From assembly GCF_009914755.1 (NCBI RefSeq), contig NC_060928.1: 64,000 nt of DNA; one strand, given 5' to 3'. Positions 16,510-31,427 of this stretch are shown here, one piece after another. Every line of letters begins with the position of its first letter. The stretch's first letter is position 1. Source of the stretch: the human T2T-CHM13v2.0 reference genome, Homo sapiens. A program made the position numbers and the translations under genes. The notes under the pieces are model-generated. The model saw only the letters and a program-made list of their open reading frames with translations, was not told where the DNA came from and did not search any database.

Positions 16510-16696
16510 CCCCAAAGGCCTAATGAGGTGGATGGAACATCTCATTATACATTATACAGTTCCGGATGCTGTGCTTTCACATCCTTCTGTTTTCATAGCT
16601 TCACTGTCCCAACAACTACAGGCAGCAGCCATTTATTAAAGCTCTCTCCATAATATTTATCATAGCAGTCAAGATGCCTTCAGTTATATGTGATCA

Positions 16697-17021
<325 letters not shown>

Positions 17022-17560
17022 TCAAACTCCAATCCAGACTGAATTAAGCTGAAAGTCAGTGTATTGTCTTATGTCATAGGGATGAGCAGCACAGTGTTAC
17101 CTGCAAGTGCAACTGGGTCCAACATTTTAGGTCTCTCTCTTTTGCTTCTCTTGCCTCTGAGTTGGTCTTATTCTCACTTAGGCCTAGTCTACAAGGCAGG
17201 GAGCATGTCTTTGACTCCCCCAAGCACACAGTTCACAATGTAGAAGGAGAAGCCCCACCCAACCCCACTGTCCACATAAGACAGCTTGTGGACAGATGGG
17301 CCCAGAGAGATAAGGAATTCTGATTTCTTCAGCAAGATCTCAGGCCCAACCCTTGGCCAGGAGTGAAGCACTGATTGACAGTCTCTCTAAGCCAACACAG
17401 AATGGGAGAAAGTCGGGTACTCTTATTAAAGTAAGGGAGAGGAATTCTGCTCAGACCAGGAGAAAAATCAAGCAAGATAGATTAGAAAGATAGGTCCTGT
17501 ATGGCAGATGTAAATCATTCTCTTACCAATAAAGTAACTTAAATTTAGAACCTGACAGTA

Positions 17561-17845
<285 letters not shown>

Positions 17846-17895
17846 TAGGACGAGGGGAGGGGTGTAGCATATACACTAAAGAGTTACTGAATCTC

Positions 17896-18209
<314 letters not shown>

Positions 18210-19707
18210 TCAGTCTTTGACATGCTTAACTGGAATAGCATTGCAGACAGCTACAACTTTGGTTGCTACTTCAATTCCAATTCAAGTAGAGAAACCAAGA
18301 AAGATGCTAAGAACAAGATTTCTTTTTGCCTTTGATGATAAAAAGTACATTAAAGAAGTACAAAATGAGGGTGATTACAGAATGAGTGGTTGAACAAAAT
18401 CAGCAGGTGGAAATATGAAGCAGAAAGCATCCTCAAAGTACAATTATGATAGGATGAAGGGCATGCCAGGTGTTAAGTGTTTTGAATCGTCATTAATGAA
18501 GACAGCACTATTGACCCATTTGCTGTGGGAGGGTATCACGTTGACTTCACTTGCCACACTGCATAATCTGATTGTATCTATTACATCCAACTTTTCTGGC
18601 TGATGTCCTTGAATAACTCACAGCAGGTGTTTGCAAGCCAGGGTCAAGTGTGCATTCTGTACTCCCGATACAGAGGAAACGTCGTTGACCCACAGGAACG
18701 GAAATCAAGACCTTTGCCTTACTGGCCCTTTAAGTTACCAACAGAGCTAACCAAACCCAGACTACCTGAGAAGGAGAAAAATTAAAATAAAAGATACCTT
18801 TGGCAAGCAATTACATAACAGCTTTCAAAAAAGAACGCTGCAAAAATGTAAATCATTTCCACATGATTTACAAACTTTAAAGGTGACTTAAAAATTCTCA
18901 AAACATTCTGTTATGGCTGGTAAAAGTGAAAAGGGAAGTAAGAAGACAGAAACAAGACAAGAACCCTCTGTGTTTTCTTTCTCCTCCATAAAATATTTCC
19001 CCCACCAAAAGCACACATGGCCGCTGAGCAGCAACTTACCATTTTTCCAGGGTCAGTTCACTTTTCGTGCTGCTCTAAACCCTGCTGAAAGCCAGCTCCT
19101 CGGGGAGCCCCAGGAATGGGGGCTGGCCTCTCTTCAGTCTGCAAGCACTCAGAAGGAAATGCCCCTTGCTGAGAAAGGGGTGGTGTTAGGGGAGAATCCA
19201 TCTACTGTCAAGGAAATTTCAATTAAATATGGATGCCAATTAATTTAATTTATATTTCTGCATGAAAAATGTCATTCTATTATACATGCACTGGAAGGAT
19301 GCCAGGAGCCCAAGTTAATAAATTACAGCTCTACCGACATAATGTGGAATCACAGACTAATCGGATACTTATTAAATGCCCACCTGTGCTTGGGGCTACA
19401 CCTTGTAGAAATCCAGCTGAAATAAGGTCTGTCCAGTAAGGCCTGTCCTTACACTGTGATCATCTGACACCCTCTCTTATCCTCCTCTTCTCCTAGCTTT
19501 GGGCATGTCTCAGGAGAACAACTGTAAAAATGAATAATCAACATTCAATTGCCAGTCGTTATGAATGGGCATATTTAATGAATAAGGGAATGAATGAAGG
19601 GGAACTGTAAATAATCTATTCAAATTAATCGGGGAACAGGCCTACTCTGGTTAGCAGGAAACTTGCCATGATTATTTGATTACAGATTCAAATCAGCTGG
19701 TGGTGGG

Positions 19708-19920
19708 TAATAATAATACCTACTGGTTATGAAGTGCCAACTCTGTGCCACACTCCATGTTTTATTTTGCATCCTTGCTATGTGTTTTATTTTGAATCCT
19801 TACAATAATCTTTCAGGGTAAGGATTACTCCTTCCCACATCCCTCATTTTAGAGACACAAAAGCTGAAGTGCAGTACACAGAAATGACCTTGCTCAAGGT
19901 CATGTGATTAGTAAGAGGCA
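19708..19920 (-). mobile_element. MIR
   Basis: MIR-core-like text (cattttagaga...aagctga...ttgctcaaggtca). Confidence 0.55.
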
Positions 19921-20681
19921 CACTCTCCTGTCCTGGCCGATTGTCTTTGCATCATATCTCTGTTCTCTAGGACAAGTGTCAGCACTCTCTCCATGGGGGA
20001 TGGGCTGGTGACTGCCCTATTCTGGCAGTGCTGACACACTGGAGAGTTCTTCATGCACTACAGTGATGATTAAATCACCAGGAGATGACTCTGTAATACC
20101 CCCTGCCTGGGAATTCATCCTGCTCTCCTCTGCTGCAGTTCTGTATAGTCGTGAAACGGATGTCACTCAGTTGCAACAAGTTCTCGAGTAGCCACTCATT
20201 GTTTTAGCCAGTTATTTATTCACCATTCACTAAGCACCCACTATGTGCTAGGTCCGAGGATCCAATAAAGTAAAAGGAGGTCAGACTAATGGGGAAGACA
20301 GATGCCCTAACACAAAATTGCAGTGTGTGTGGTTTAATACCACGGAATTGCTAACGTTCCTTTTGTTGTTTATTCAATCAATCCTTATACCCTGTATGAA
20401 CACTTACAGAGTCTCTATAACATACTGGACAACAGGCCCGTTCTCACATTTTCAAGCCAGGGCAGGAAAAGTCATGAAAGCCATCAGCCTGAGTCTGTTC
20501 TTCTGACTTCCTCTTTCTTCCCATACCTGACTTCATCTTGCACTGCAAGGGGCCTCCCATGTATGTGTCTGGGCATCCCAGCCTATGTGTACAAATTTTG
20601 AAACACCTCCCGCCAGAACCTCTTAACATCAGGAAGAGGCTTCTGTGCAGCCTAGAAGCAACTTTTGGCCTCTTTGAGTAG

Positions 20682-21272
<591 letters not shown>

Positions 21273-21887
21273 AAGGGCCCTAGCTTAATCCCCTCTTTTG
21301 GTAAATGAAGAGACTGAGGCTGCCCGAAACACAGGGCAGGAAGAGGGGCCTGGCCTGGGGCTGGGTTGCCCAGGTCTGAGAGTGTCCTTCTAGGCACCTT
21401 GCTATTCTCTAGGGTAAACATGTGCCACAGCAAATTTCAGAGAAAACACCTTTCGAGTAACTCAGATTGAGAGGGGCCTGGAGTAAGAGATTTACAACAA
21501 GCGATCCAAGGAAGAGAATTCCATGAAGTCATGGGCAAGGTAATTAAAGGAAAATTAAATTAAAGTGTTTTTTTCTGAATTAAAGGAGAGTGAAAACAAG
21601 TCATTGCACAAGCAAACTTGAGGGAGGGTTGAGGAACTCTTGTTTTTCATTTTGTTTCTGAGGCCAATGCAAATGAGCTGGAGTAGACTCTTCCATAGTC
21701 CAGTGAACTGCCCTTTTTTGTTTTTGTTTTTGTTTTCTGCATTCCTTTAGCCTTCCTCCTTTTTCCTCAGTATATTTTAGTTCCCAAACCTTTCTGATCC
21801 ATGTGGCCCTTCACCTCCCTGCTTTTGGTTTTCTCAAATCATTCACTCAGCTCCAAAGAATATAAAAAAGATAAGTCAACAGAACAA

Positions 21888-22191
21888 TTTTTTTCTTTTT
21901 TATTTTTTTTGAGACACGGCATCACTGTTCACCCAAGCTGGAACGCAGTGGTGCCACCGCTGCACACTGCAGCTTCCACCTCTTGGGTTCAAGTGATCCT
22001 GCCACCTCAGCTACCCCAGTAGCTGGGCCTACAGACATGTGCCGCCATGCCCAGCTAATTATATTTTTATTAGTAGAGATAGGGTCTCACCATGTTGCCC
22101 AGGCTGGTCTTGAACTCCTGAGCTCAAGGGATCCTCCCTCCTCGCCCTCCCAAAGTGCTGGGATTATAGGCATGAGCCACCATGTCTGGCC
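21888..22191 (-). mobile_element. Alu (AluJ-like)
   Basis: Diverged antisense Alu. Confidence 0.85.
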
Positions 22192-22216
22192 AGAACAAAG
22201 TTTAAAAATATGGTCA

Positions 22217-22634
<418 letters not shown>

Positions 22635-25264
22635 CTAGCCCATCTTCTCATCTCTATTGCTCACCTATCTTTTCTTTTTCCTCCTACCCTCCCTCTTTTC
22701 TTTGCCTTTCTTTCTGCCTTTCTCTCCTCTCTTTCTTTCTTGCTGGTGTTTATTAAAGCATAGTCCAGACATCATGTCAATTAACTCACTTCCTACAGAG
22801 TTTCCTTGAGGCAGGGCCACAAGAGAATGTATGTAGGCTGGGGAAATGATCTCTTATGATTATGTTCTTGACCAAAATAAGGAATTTGTGTTACTGAGAT
22901 AAGAAACAATAAAGAATTTCCAAAACCTCTTCATAATACCCCAGATATTGTGGACTTTATTTTCTATCTCTATGTCTTCCCCCTAGAGTCTTTCAGGGGT
23001 GTCTATGAGAACTTTTTCATCTTCCTTTACTATTAAACTAGTAACAGAATAACAAAAACTTTGGATGTTTATATATCTAAAAAGAGGTGAATATTCTCTT
23101 TCTGTTGGTGAAAAGGATTCTCAGGGCATCAGTTTTGAAGTTAAAATTTGACAATGGAAAGTTTGCAGAGATCTTCTATGACAAGAAACCAAACATATCA
23201 CTGCCTCCCCCCAACCCCTCGCCCAGGCAAACTCCTGAAGCTGATTGTTGTAATGGTTTTAAAGGTGCTTAGGATGAGGACCTAGATCTGAAGCATGGTG
23301 CACAGTTGTTTACTGTTCACACAAGTCAGATCTACGAAGGATCAAGTAATTTGGAGGTTTGGTTACTTTCCATTAGTAAACATCATCCAACTAAATTTGG
23401 GTAAAATGCCCTCTAAATAAGTCAAGTAGACAGGAGCTTTGAATGAGGGAATTAATTATAGCTGGTGTCTCCAGGAAAAAGAATCCCACTGTGGCATGGA
23501 GAATGTAATTAATGGGAGGTAAGTGCCAACAAATCACTCCTTAAAATATTAATGCTATCAAAGAACAGCTGGATAATGAGAGAAACTTGACCCTTGGGGG
23601 ACCAGCAAAGGTTGCTGCTGCAGCAGAACTTTATGCAGTTATGACGTAATGAAATTCCTCTAAATTTTAACAAAAACTAATATTAAAAGGTGTGGTTCTG
23701 GGAAAGTTATTAGCAGTAAACATGTCATAATTTTTATCATCTGATTATAATCACTATATCTCATTTTTGCTGTGTTTCTAAGTGACATTTTCCTGTAATT
23801 GCTCAGGATATATATACAATTGAAACAACACTCCTAAAAAACAACTAGAGTTAAAAAAAAGATTAAGTCTGGCAAGACCTTTTTTTTGTAAATAAAAAAC
23901 CCAATATCTAAGAAATTTCTGCAAAACAATTTCCCATATGCTTAAACTATTTAACTAAAAAACTGTTTCATTGTTTGTTATTGAAAGCTCCAACTTAATT
24001 TGTTTTTACTTAATAGCTTCGTATTGTCCTAAGAAATATGTAACTCTAAGAGAGCAATAAAGTTAAATATTTACACGGTCCCACTTAACGTGTGAAATGG
24101 ACATGTATTTTCAGCAGCCACATAACTAAATGCTAATCCCAATACCTAAAATTAGAAATCAGAAGTAATTATTTAATTGGAATATACTTTAACTTAGATA
24201 AAAAAAAAAAAGAAATCGTTTTAATAGGAGATTTTTAAAAAAGTTTCTCCGGAATCGACTCGGTTCATCAGGAAGCTGCGAACGTGATAAATGCGTTTGA
24301 CCGCGCACCTTGTGTCGCTGGAGCTGAGAACACTTTGTTCCTTTTGTTTCACTCAACTTGCCGACATCTAACTCAGGGACACGGGTATGCAGCTTGTTTG
24401 ACAAATAAGCCGAGATACACCGAACATATTCACACATACCAATAGACGATGATTGGAAGTTCAGGATGCAGTCAAAATAAATGCTTGCGTTTGGCCCAGG
24501 TTTCACATAACACCAGTTTCATAAGGCACTTAGGCCGCTAACGGAGCAGTGCCCCTGAAAATAGCCCACAGGGGACACATCATTTAAATAAATGTGTTTC
24601 TTTCCCTGAACAGAAGTTCAGTTCTGCTCAATTATCATTAATTTTGCTCCTTTATTTCCTTTGCGGGCGTGAACGGAGAAGTCGTGCTCTTTGAGGTTTT
24701 GCGAGCTGGCCTTGGCTGGCAGAGGTGACCGGCAATCCTTCAGCCGGCGGAAAAAGTGCGAGTGTGTGTGTGTGTGTGCTTGTGAAAATGTGCCGTTCCT
24801 CCCAGAAAAAGTGGAAACGTAGGTGGAAAGCTCAGCACATGTTGGCGACACCTAAAAACCATATTCTCGGTCCTGAACCTTTAGAAGCGGTATCCCAGGA
24901 ACGAGTCTGAGTCTGCGCAACAGGGCACAGATGATTCGACAAACTTCAATGACTGCACCGCATTCATGCATTATATCCATTGAAAAGTAAATCCAGCGTC
25001 TCCACTCGCGCGCCCACGTGCGTGGATAAACGCGGGAATTCGGCAGCCCTCAACGTCACTCTGCAGAGATTTCCGGGCTGTGAGAGAGTTGGGGTGTGCG
25101 GCGGGGGAGGGGAGGGTCTGATATCTTCAGGTTGAGAGTCAAGTCCTGGGGGAGCGGCATGGGCGGGGGTGGCCGGGGAGAGGCGGAGGATGGAGCGCGA
25201 ACCAGAAAGCGCAGAGGACCCTCGGCCCGCGCCGCACCCGCTGTGATTAGCTCCAGAGGCGCGA

Positions 25265-25350
25265 TCCGGGAGGGCGGACTCTTTCTTAACCCTCATTGTC
25301 TCCTCCTCCCTCTTCCTTTTTAAAAGACGCCTTGCGGGCAGAGCTGTCAG
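25265..25350 (+). promoter_or_regulatory. SHISA3: Putative SHISA3 core promoter (GC box plus TATA-like element; TSS inferred near 25345)
   Basis: gggagggcgga GC box at about 25268-25279 and TTTTAAAAG at about 25318-25326; the TSS position is inferred, not observed. Confidence 0.55.
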
Positions 25351-25851
25351 CAACCCCGCGGCCGTTTGTACTTGGCCGCGGCGGAGCTGACTCCTGCTCC
25401 TGTGACAGATAGGGGCTGGGGCTGAGCGGCCGCCTGTCTGGGGTACTCGCACGTGGGGAACAAATTCTTTTCCTCCGGCTCCTCTCGGGACCCGGCGATC
25501 GCCACAGGTTGGGACTCTGTGCGGCGCTGGAGTTGGCAGCCCCGGGCGCTATGGCTCCCTTGAGGAGTGGGGAGGGAGGTGGCCGGGGGGTTGGCGCGCC
25601 CCTCGCGCGGGGAGCGCTATGAGCCGGGCGAAGGGCGGCAGCGACAGCCCCAGCAACTGCCTCTGCCGGCGCCTCCCGCGGGCCCTCGCCAACTCGCCCC
25701 GCGCACCATGCTGACTCCCGGCCTGCGGAACTCGTAGTGCAGCCCCTGTCGCCTCCCCGGCCCCTGCTATCCCACGCAGGACTGGCTTCGGCCGCCGGGG
25801 CCAGCAGCTTGCGACGTGTCCCTGGGGAGGCGGAATCGCTGTGCGCCCTGA

Positions 25852-26232
<381 letters not shown>

Positions 26233-27529
26233 TAACGGCGGCGGCTGCATGTGTGCGCGGGAGGATGCACAGACCCAGGCAGGTCTATGCGCCTTCCTGG
26301 GTCTGTGCGCCAGGGGGACGCGGCCGGGTGGGGGAATCAAGGGATGAGTGGGTGGTCGCGTTTCAGATCATGGTCCTCTATTCATTTGCAGTCCCGCTTC
26401 CCGCCACTTGCGGTCTCTGCGGGTCGGCCCGCAGGGAAAGTTTGCCAGGGACAGTGAGGAGCGCGGGGCTTGTGCCTGGTAGCCGGGGGGAAGACAGCTG
26501 GAGCTCCCGGGAGAAGGGTAGTGCGGGTAAAGCCAGGGTAGACTTGGGTTTTGGTGGAGGGGCCGAGGGTGTCCCATTGCTCGCCCTTGTCACTTCGGGA
26601 GCTTCGGGAAGTGCCGAATGCAGGGAATCGCGACTCTTGTCGCGCGCTCATTTGCAGCCCTTCAGGGCTAAGAAACCCCAGTCACTTTTTTTTTCTGTCT
26701 TAATGATAGCGTTTCTAAGCCACGGCCGCGTTCTGCAGACTTCCTTTCAATTCTCTGCATCGAATTACCCTCTCCGGCCCACCCCCTATTGTCACGCCTT
26801 TCAGAAATGCCCAGGTCTTCGAGGTGGAGATTTAGAAACAAGGGTCGAAGGGGCTTCCCCGCCCCCTATTCTCACTTCGGAAAACACGGGTCAAATTTCC
26901 GCTCACTTCAGAGCGGAATAAATCACGACCCCAGCAGAGAAAATTTACACCTTGAAAAAAAGTTTTCCACCTGAATCGGAACATCAGGGAAACGCTTTAG
27001 AGCTTGAGGCGAGGGTTTTATGGCCAGGGAAACCGGAGAAGCGGGCGGAGCTGAGAGCGGGTGACACCCCAGGACTCCAGAGAGCCGAGGTCTGGAGCCC
27101 GCAAGAGAAGGTCGCCGGGAAAGGGAAGAGAGGCTGGAGAGATCATTAAGGGTTCCCCAACGGCCCCTCCCCGCAAACTGATAACCCAGAGGACAGGGGA
27201 GTCTGCCCTCCATTAGTGCTCCACTAGAGGGTGAATGTTGGGGGTCAACATTTCCAATCTAGAGGATTCTGGAAGTAGTTCTGGAGAAAAGATGCTCAGC
27301 GGAAAGTAGGGAAATCTAGGCCCTCCTGGCCTGTTAGAAAAATATAGACTCTTCCCCACGGCTTCACTCGCTCACCCTGGGGGACCCAGCTGCCCTCTGG
27401 GAGTAAGTGCAATTGCCCAGTCTGCAGCACGGGCTTCCTCTGCGCTCCCTACTCGGCTCGGATGCCAGAGGACAGCAGAAGGGAGAGGCAGTCTCCACAC
27501 TCACTGAGTCTGGGATCAGGCAAACCCTG

Positions 27530-27965
27530 ATGGACCTTGGCTCTGTCACTTGCCGGCGGTGTAACTTGGGCAAGTTACTTAACTGCTCTGGATACCTCTT
27601 CTCAGTTCTAAAGTGGGCATATTGCTCTCAAAGGAGTTAAGTTGTTGGTGACGTGAGAGTGTATGAATGCTGGAGCGCAGGGCTCAGTAAATGGTAGTTA
27701 CTTACCTTTGCCTTGCCTTGCACGCTGGTGCTAGTAAACAAGGGAGAATGGGAGGGACACAGAAGAGCTTACGCCTAGTAGCCCACAAATAATTGATAGT
27801 TACCTGTCCCTCACTAGCTCTGTCTGTGGGAATGCGCAAACTTCTCTGATGTATTTCCACATCTGGAAAATGGAGCTTATCATGTCCATCTCACAGGGTC
27901 TCCAAGAGACTTTAATCAGATAATGAATAAGAAAGAGCCAGGCACACAGTAGGGACTTAGTCAAT
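27530..27965 (+). mobile_element. MIR fragments in the SHISA3 intron
   Basis: ctctgtcacttgc...ttgggcaagttacttaac; catctggaaaatggag...cctggcaca-like cores. Confidence 0.6.
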
Positions 27966-28872
27966 GCAGGCTTTCTTTCTTCTACCTGTAAGCTGGAGGC
28001 TGCGTCTTAGCACGGCTCTATCAGGGGAGAGACCTGGAGAACTGCCCAAGGGGATGCCTCCGGGCTTGGGAATTTTATGTCTGCCTTGTAGAGAGAGAAG
28101 GAAATTGGAGTTTGCTCTGTTTGAGGGATGCTTTTATAGAAAGTCTGGGCCGTGGACACCAAGAATTGCCTGGTGATCTATCTAAAGTTCAGTCTGACTT
28201 CCCAGGCTTGGATGGGAATTGAGAGGCACGGCAGCTGGAGTGGGTATTCCAAATCTTTCCTGGAAAGAAGCAGCCAGAGCTGGCAATTTGTGGTGTATGG
28301 TAGGAGACACAGTCGATTGGGGCCCTCTGTGAATTTCTTTATACTGTTCTTTCTGGAGTCTCATAAAATCCTGGGTCTGTGTGTAGAGGGGAATCTCATT
28401 TAATAGGCCTGGCTCCCTTTGCTTAGACTGGAGATTATTGAATGGGAGATGGATTGCCAGCCTAAGAGAGGGGACAAGTCTCTTACTGCTCACCGTGATC
28501 AAACTACTAAAACCTGCATTTAAACCTAGAATTATTTTAACCCCTAAAACTCACCCTTTCCCTCCAGTGCCTGAACAGGAGAACAGATTCCGTTTTTTTT
28601 TTCTGACTTCCAGATGTGCAATATGATAGTTAATTGCTAACAGAGGCTACGGTATCCGTTTGCTTCCTCCCTGCTAGGAGTAGCGAGAATATTCCATCAT
28701 CACGGTTTGCATTGCATTTTGGAGGTTACCATTAACAAGCTCTGAAAAACTGAGCTGACAGCAGTGATAGTAACTGAGTCTCCCACCTCTCAACCCTCAG
28801 CTGCCCAAGCAGAGTTCAGAATCTGGGAGATCCTCGTCTGAGCATCTGTTTATGTCTGTTTTTGCCTTTTAG

Positions 28873-29312
28873 AGCCTGTCTACGTCCCCTTTCTCATCGT
28901 CGGCTCCATCTTCATTGCGTTCATCATCCTGGGCTCTGTAGTGGCTATTTATTGTTGCACCTGTTTGAGACCCAAGGAGCCCTCGCAGCAGCCAATCCGC
29001 TTCTCACTCCGCAGCTATCAGACAGAGACCCTGCCCATGATCCTGACCTCCACCAGCCCCAGGGCACCCTCCCGGCAGTCCAGCACAGCCACGAGCTCCA
29101 GCTCCACAGGCGGCTCCATCCGCAGGTTCTCCTTTGCCAGGGCTGAGCCGGGCTGCCTGGTGCCCTCACCGCCCCCGCCATACACCACCAGCCACTCAAT
29201 CCACCTGGCTCAGCCATCTGGTTTCCTGGTGTCACCCCAGTATTTCGCTTACCCCCTCCAGCAGGAGCCCCCACTGCCTGGGAAGAGCTGTCCAGACTTC
29301 AGTTCCAGTTGA
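28873..29312 (+). CDS. SHISA3: Protein shisa-3, coding exon 2 (TM helix, YCCTC cysteine cluster, PPPPY motif)
   Basis: Acceptor tttgccttttag|AG; QPVYVPFLIVGSIFIAFIILGSVVAIYCCTCLRPK...SPPPPYTT...PDFSSS*; 277+440=717 nt = 238 aa plus stop, phase-consistent. Confidence 0.97.
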
Positions 29313-30345
29313 CACGCCCAGGCCATGAATCCACAACTCAGTCAGATGGCAGACAGGTGGAGCCCTGCTCCCATTGCCACATGCAATTCTGAGAAAATTT
29401 CCCTCGTAACTGATCAGTGTCATGGAGGAGCATGCTAGGAAAACACAGCACCTTCTAATTTGAAAGTTCCTGTCTCCAATCACAGAAAGGCTAAACCAGA
29501 GAACTGTTTTCTGGTTTTGCAAACATGTGATCATTACATTTCAATCTATGCTACTTTTATTCAAAATATGCAGCAGTTTGACTTTAAAGTTGCAAACTGG
29601 CTAAAAACGTTTTACTGGACATTCAGCTATATTGCTTAGAAAAGGGCTACATGTTTCTTTTTCATATAAGTTGTTCATTGAGTTATGATAGGAATATATT
29701 CATAAATAAGCAAAGAAAAATACCTAATTGTAATTATCAAAGGTTCACTTAAAAAATTAACTATTAGGTAAACTTAAGGGGGCAGTGAAAAATCTATTTA
29801 TGATTTCGGGAGTAACCTAACCATGAATAATATTAGCATAATGAGAACATTTACTTTTTAAATAAATAACTAAATTTTGTTTACAATATGAGTTTTTCCA
29901 GAATACAAGGTTTCAATAATCACATGAGGAGTTTAAAGTTTTAAATATATACTCAGACATTCATTGTAACACAGAGTGTATGTAAAATCATTTCCCCCAC
30001 TCACTGGAGGGAGTATTTATTGCAGACTTTTTGTTCAGCAACATTTAGTGTTTCAGTGAAAGTTGGACAGTTGGGGCTTAAAACATTTATTTGTAAAATG
30101 AGCTATGTTCAAATGTAAATATTTGTAATTTAATGTATTTACCACATTGACTGTACTAATTATTTAGTAGTCATACTGTAATTTTTATGTTAATAATAAC
30201 TGGAGTTCAAAGTCTAGCTATTGGTATAATCATCTAATATTATATATATCTCCAGTGCCCCTGAATTTTATGTTTGATGACTATATATTTGGGCATATAT
30301 CTTGTTGGATTAGAATAAATAAAACACTTTATATTTTCATGAACT
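29313..30345 (+). other. SHISA3: SHISA3 3'UTR (AU-rich)
   Basis: Follows the stop codon; repeat-free AT-rich sequence up to a tandem AATAAA. Confidence 0.8.
30314..30323 (+). terminator. SHISA3: SHISA3 polyadenylation signal (overlapping AATAAATAAA)
   Basis: Canonical hexamers followed by T/GT-rich downstream sequence. Confidence 0.85.
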
Positions 30346-30499
30346 CTATTTAAATTTTAATGTGATTCATTTTATCTCTTTAGCGATCCTTCTTTAAAAA
30401 AAAGGAAATGTTTTTAACACATACTTCATATTTTAAAATTAAAAAAAAATTCCATATCAGGGCTCGTGAAAGCAGCAAAGGAAGTGAATTTTTATGGAG

Positions 30500-30760
30500 G
30501 TCTCAGTCTACAGCCCTCCGATGTGTTTGGCCTGTAGAGAATTCATCATTAGGACGTTTCTCATAAGAATCTGGATTTCTGGCTTCTCATGACATAGAGG
30601 ACGTGGCACCAGGGGTCCTGCACTGCCTTGGGGTCAGGTCAATCCTCTTCAGACAGGACACCTGCCATTTGCCAGCCTCCTGCCTGGTCTCCCCACCTGG
30701 CCCATCTATTTTTGCTATGCTACCTACCTGGCCCCTGCAGGTGTGGTTTGAAAGCCCAGA
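30500..30760. mobile_element. MER102-like hAT DNA transposon fossil
   Basis: 3' end ...ctacctggcccctgcagg...tttgaaagcccaga resembles the MER102 terminus. Confidence 0.4.
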
Positions 30761-31119
30761 TTTATAGGAATTCATACTATCATATGTCACTCTCAGTTTT
30801 CAAACACAATTAGTTAGAGGCAGAATTCTGTCCTAAGAGAGTTGTTTGGCCTTGTCTCTTCATTTTCTAGTTAAGGAAACAAGTTCAAAGATATTCGGCC
30901 TCTGCTCAGTCTAAAGGCAGAGGGGCTCTGACTTCTAGTCTCCTGCTTTATCCTGTATCTAAAAGTGGCCTGACTTCCGGGTATCCCAAATTGTTCAAAA
31001 TAATTAAGGAAAGAAACAGCTGCATGTAAAAGGATGAACATTTATACACATAATCTTGGGCGCACTCCTATACGATTAGACTAGTTTTATTTATGTTTGT
31101 AGTATTTTGGTCCTTTTAA

Positions 31120-31330
31120 TGGTTTTAAGGTTACCTTATTAAAGCTCTTATTATGAGCCAAGCATTAAGTATTAGTATGTATTAACTTATTTTATGCTCT
31201 AAACAACCCCAACAGAAAAGTATTACAATTCCTATTTTAAAGATTCGAAAGCTGAGGCACAAAGGAATGAAGCAACTTGCCCAAGGTCCTGCAGCTAGTC
31301 TGTACTGGAGTTGATATGCATAAACAAACA
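31120..31330 (-). mobile_element. MIR
   Basis: cctattttaaagat..aaagctgaggcacaaagga.tgaagcaacttgcccaaggtc. Confidence 0.65.
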
Positions 31331-31427
31331 GATCCAAACAGCAACGGAAGACCTGCTTTGAGATTTTGATGGTTCTGTGCACAAAATTCATCGGAGATTT
31401 TAAGAGCATAAGCCTAAGTTTCGAAGG

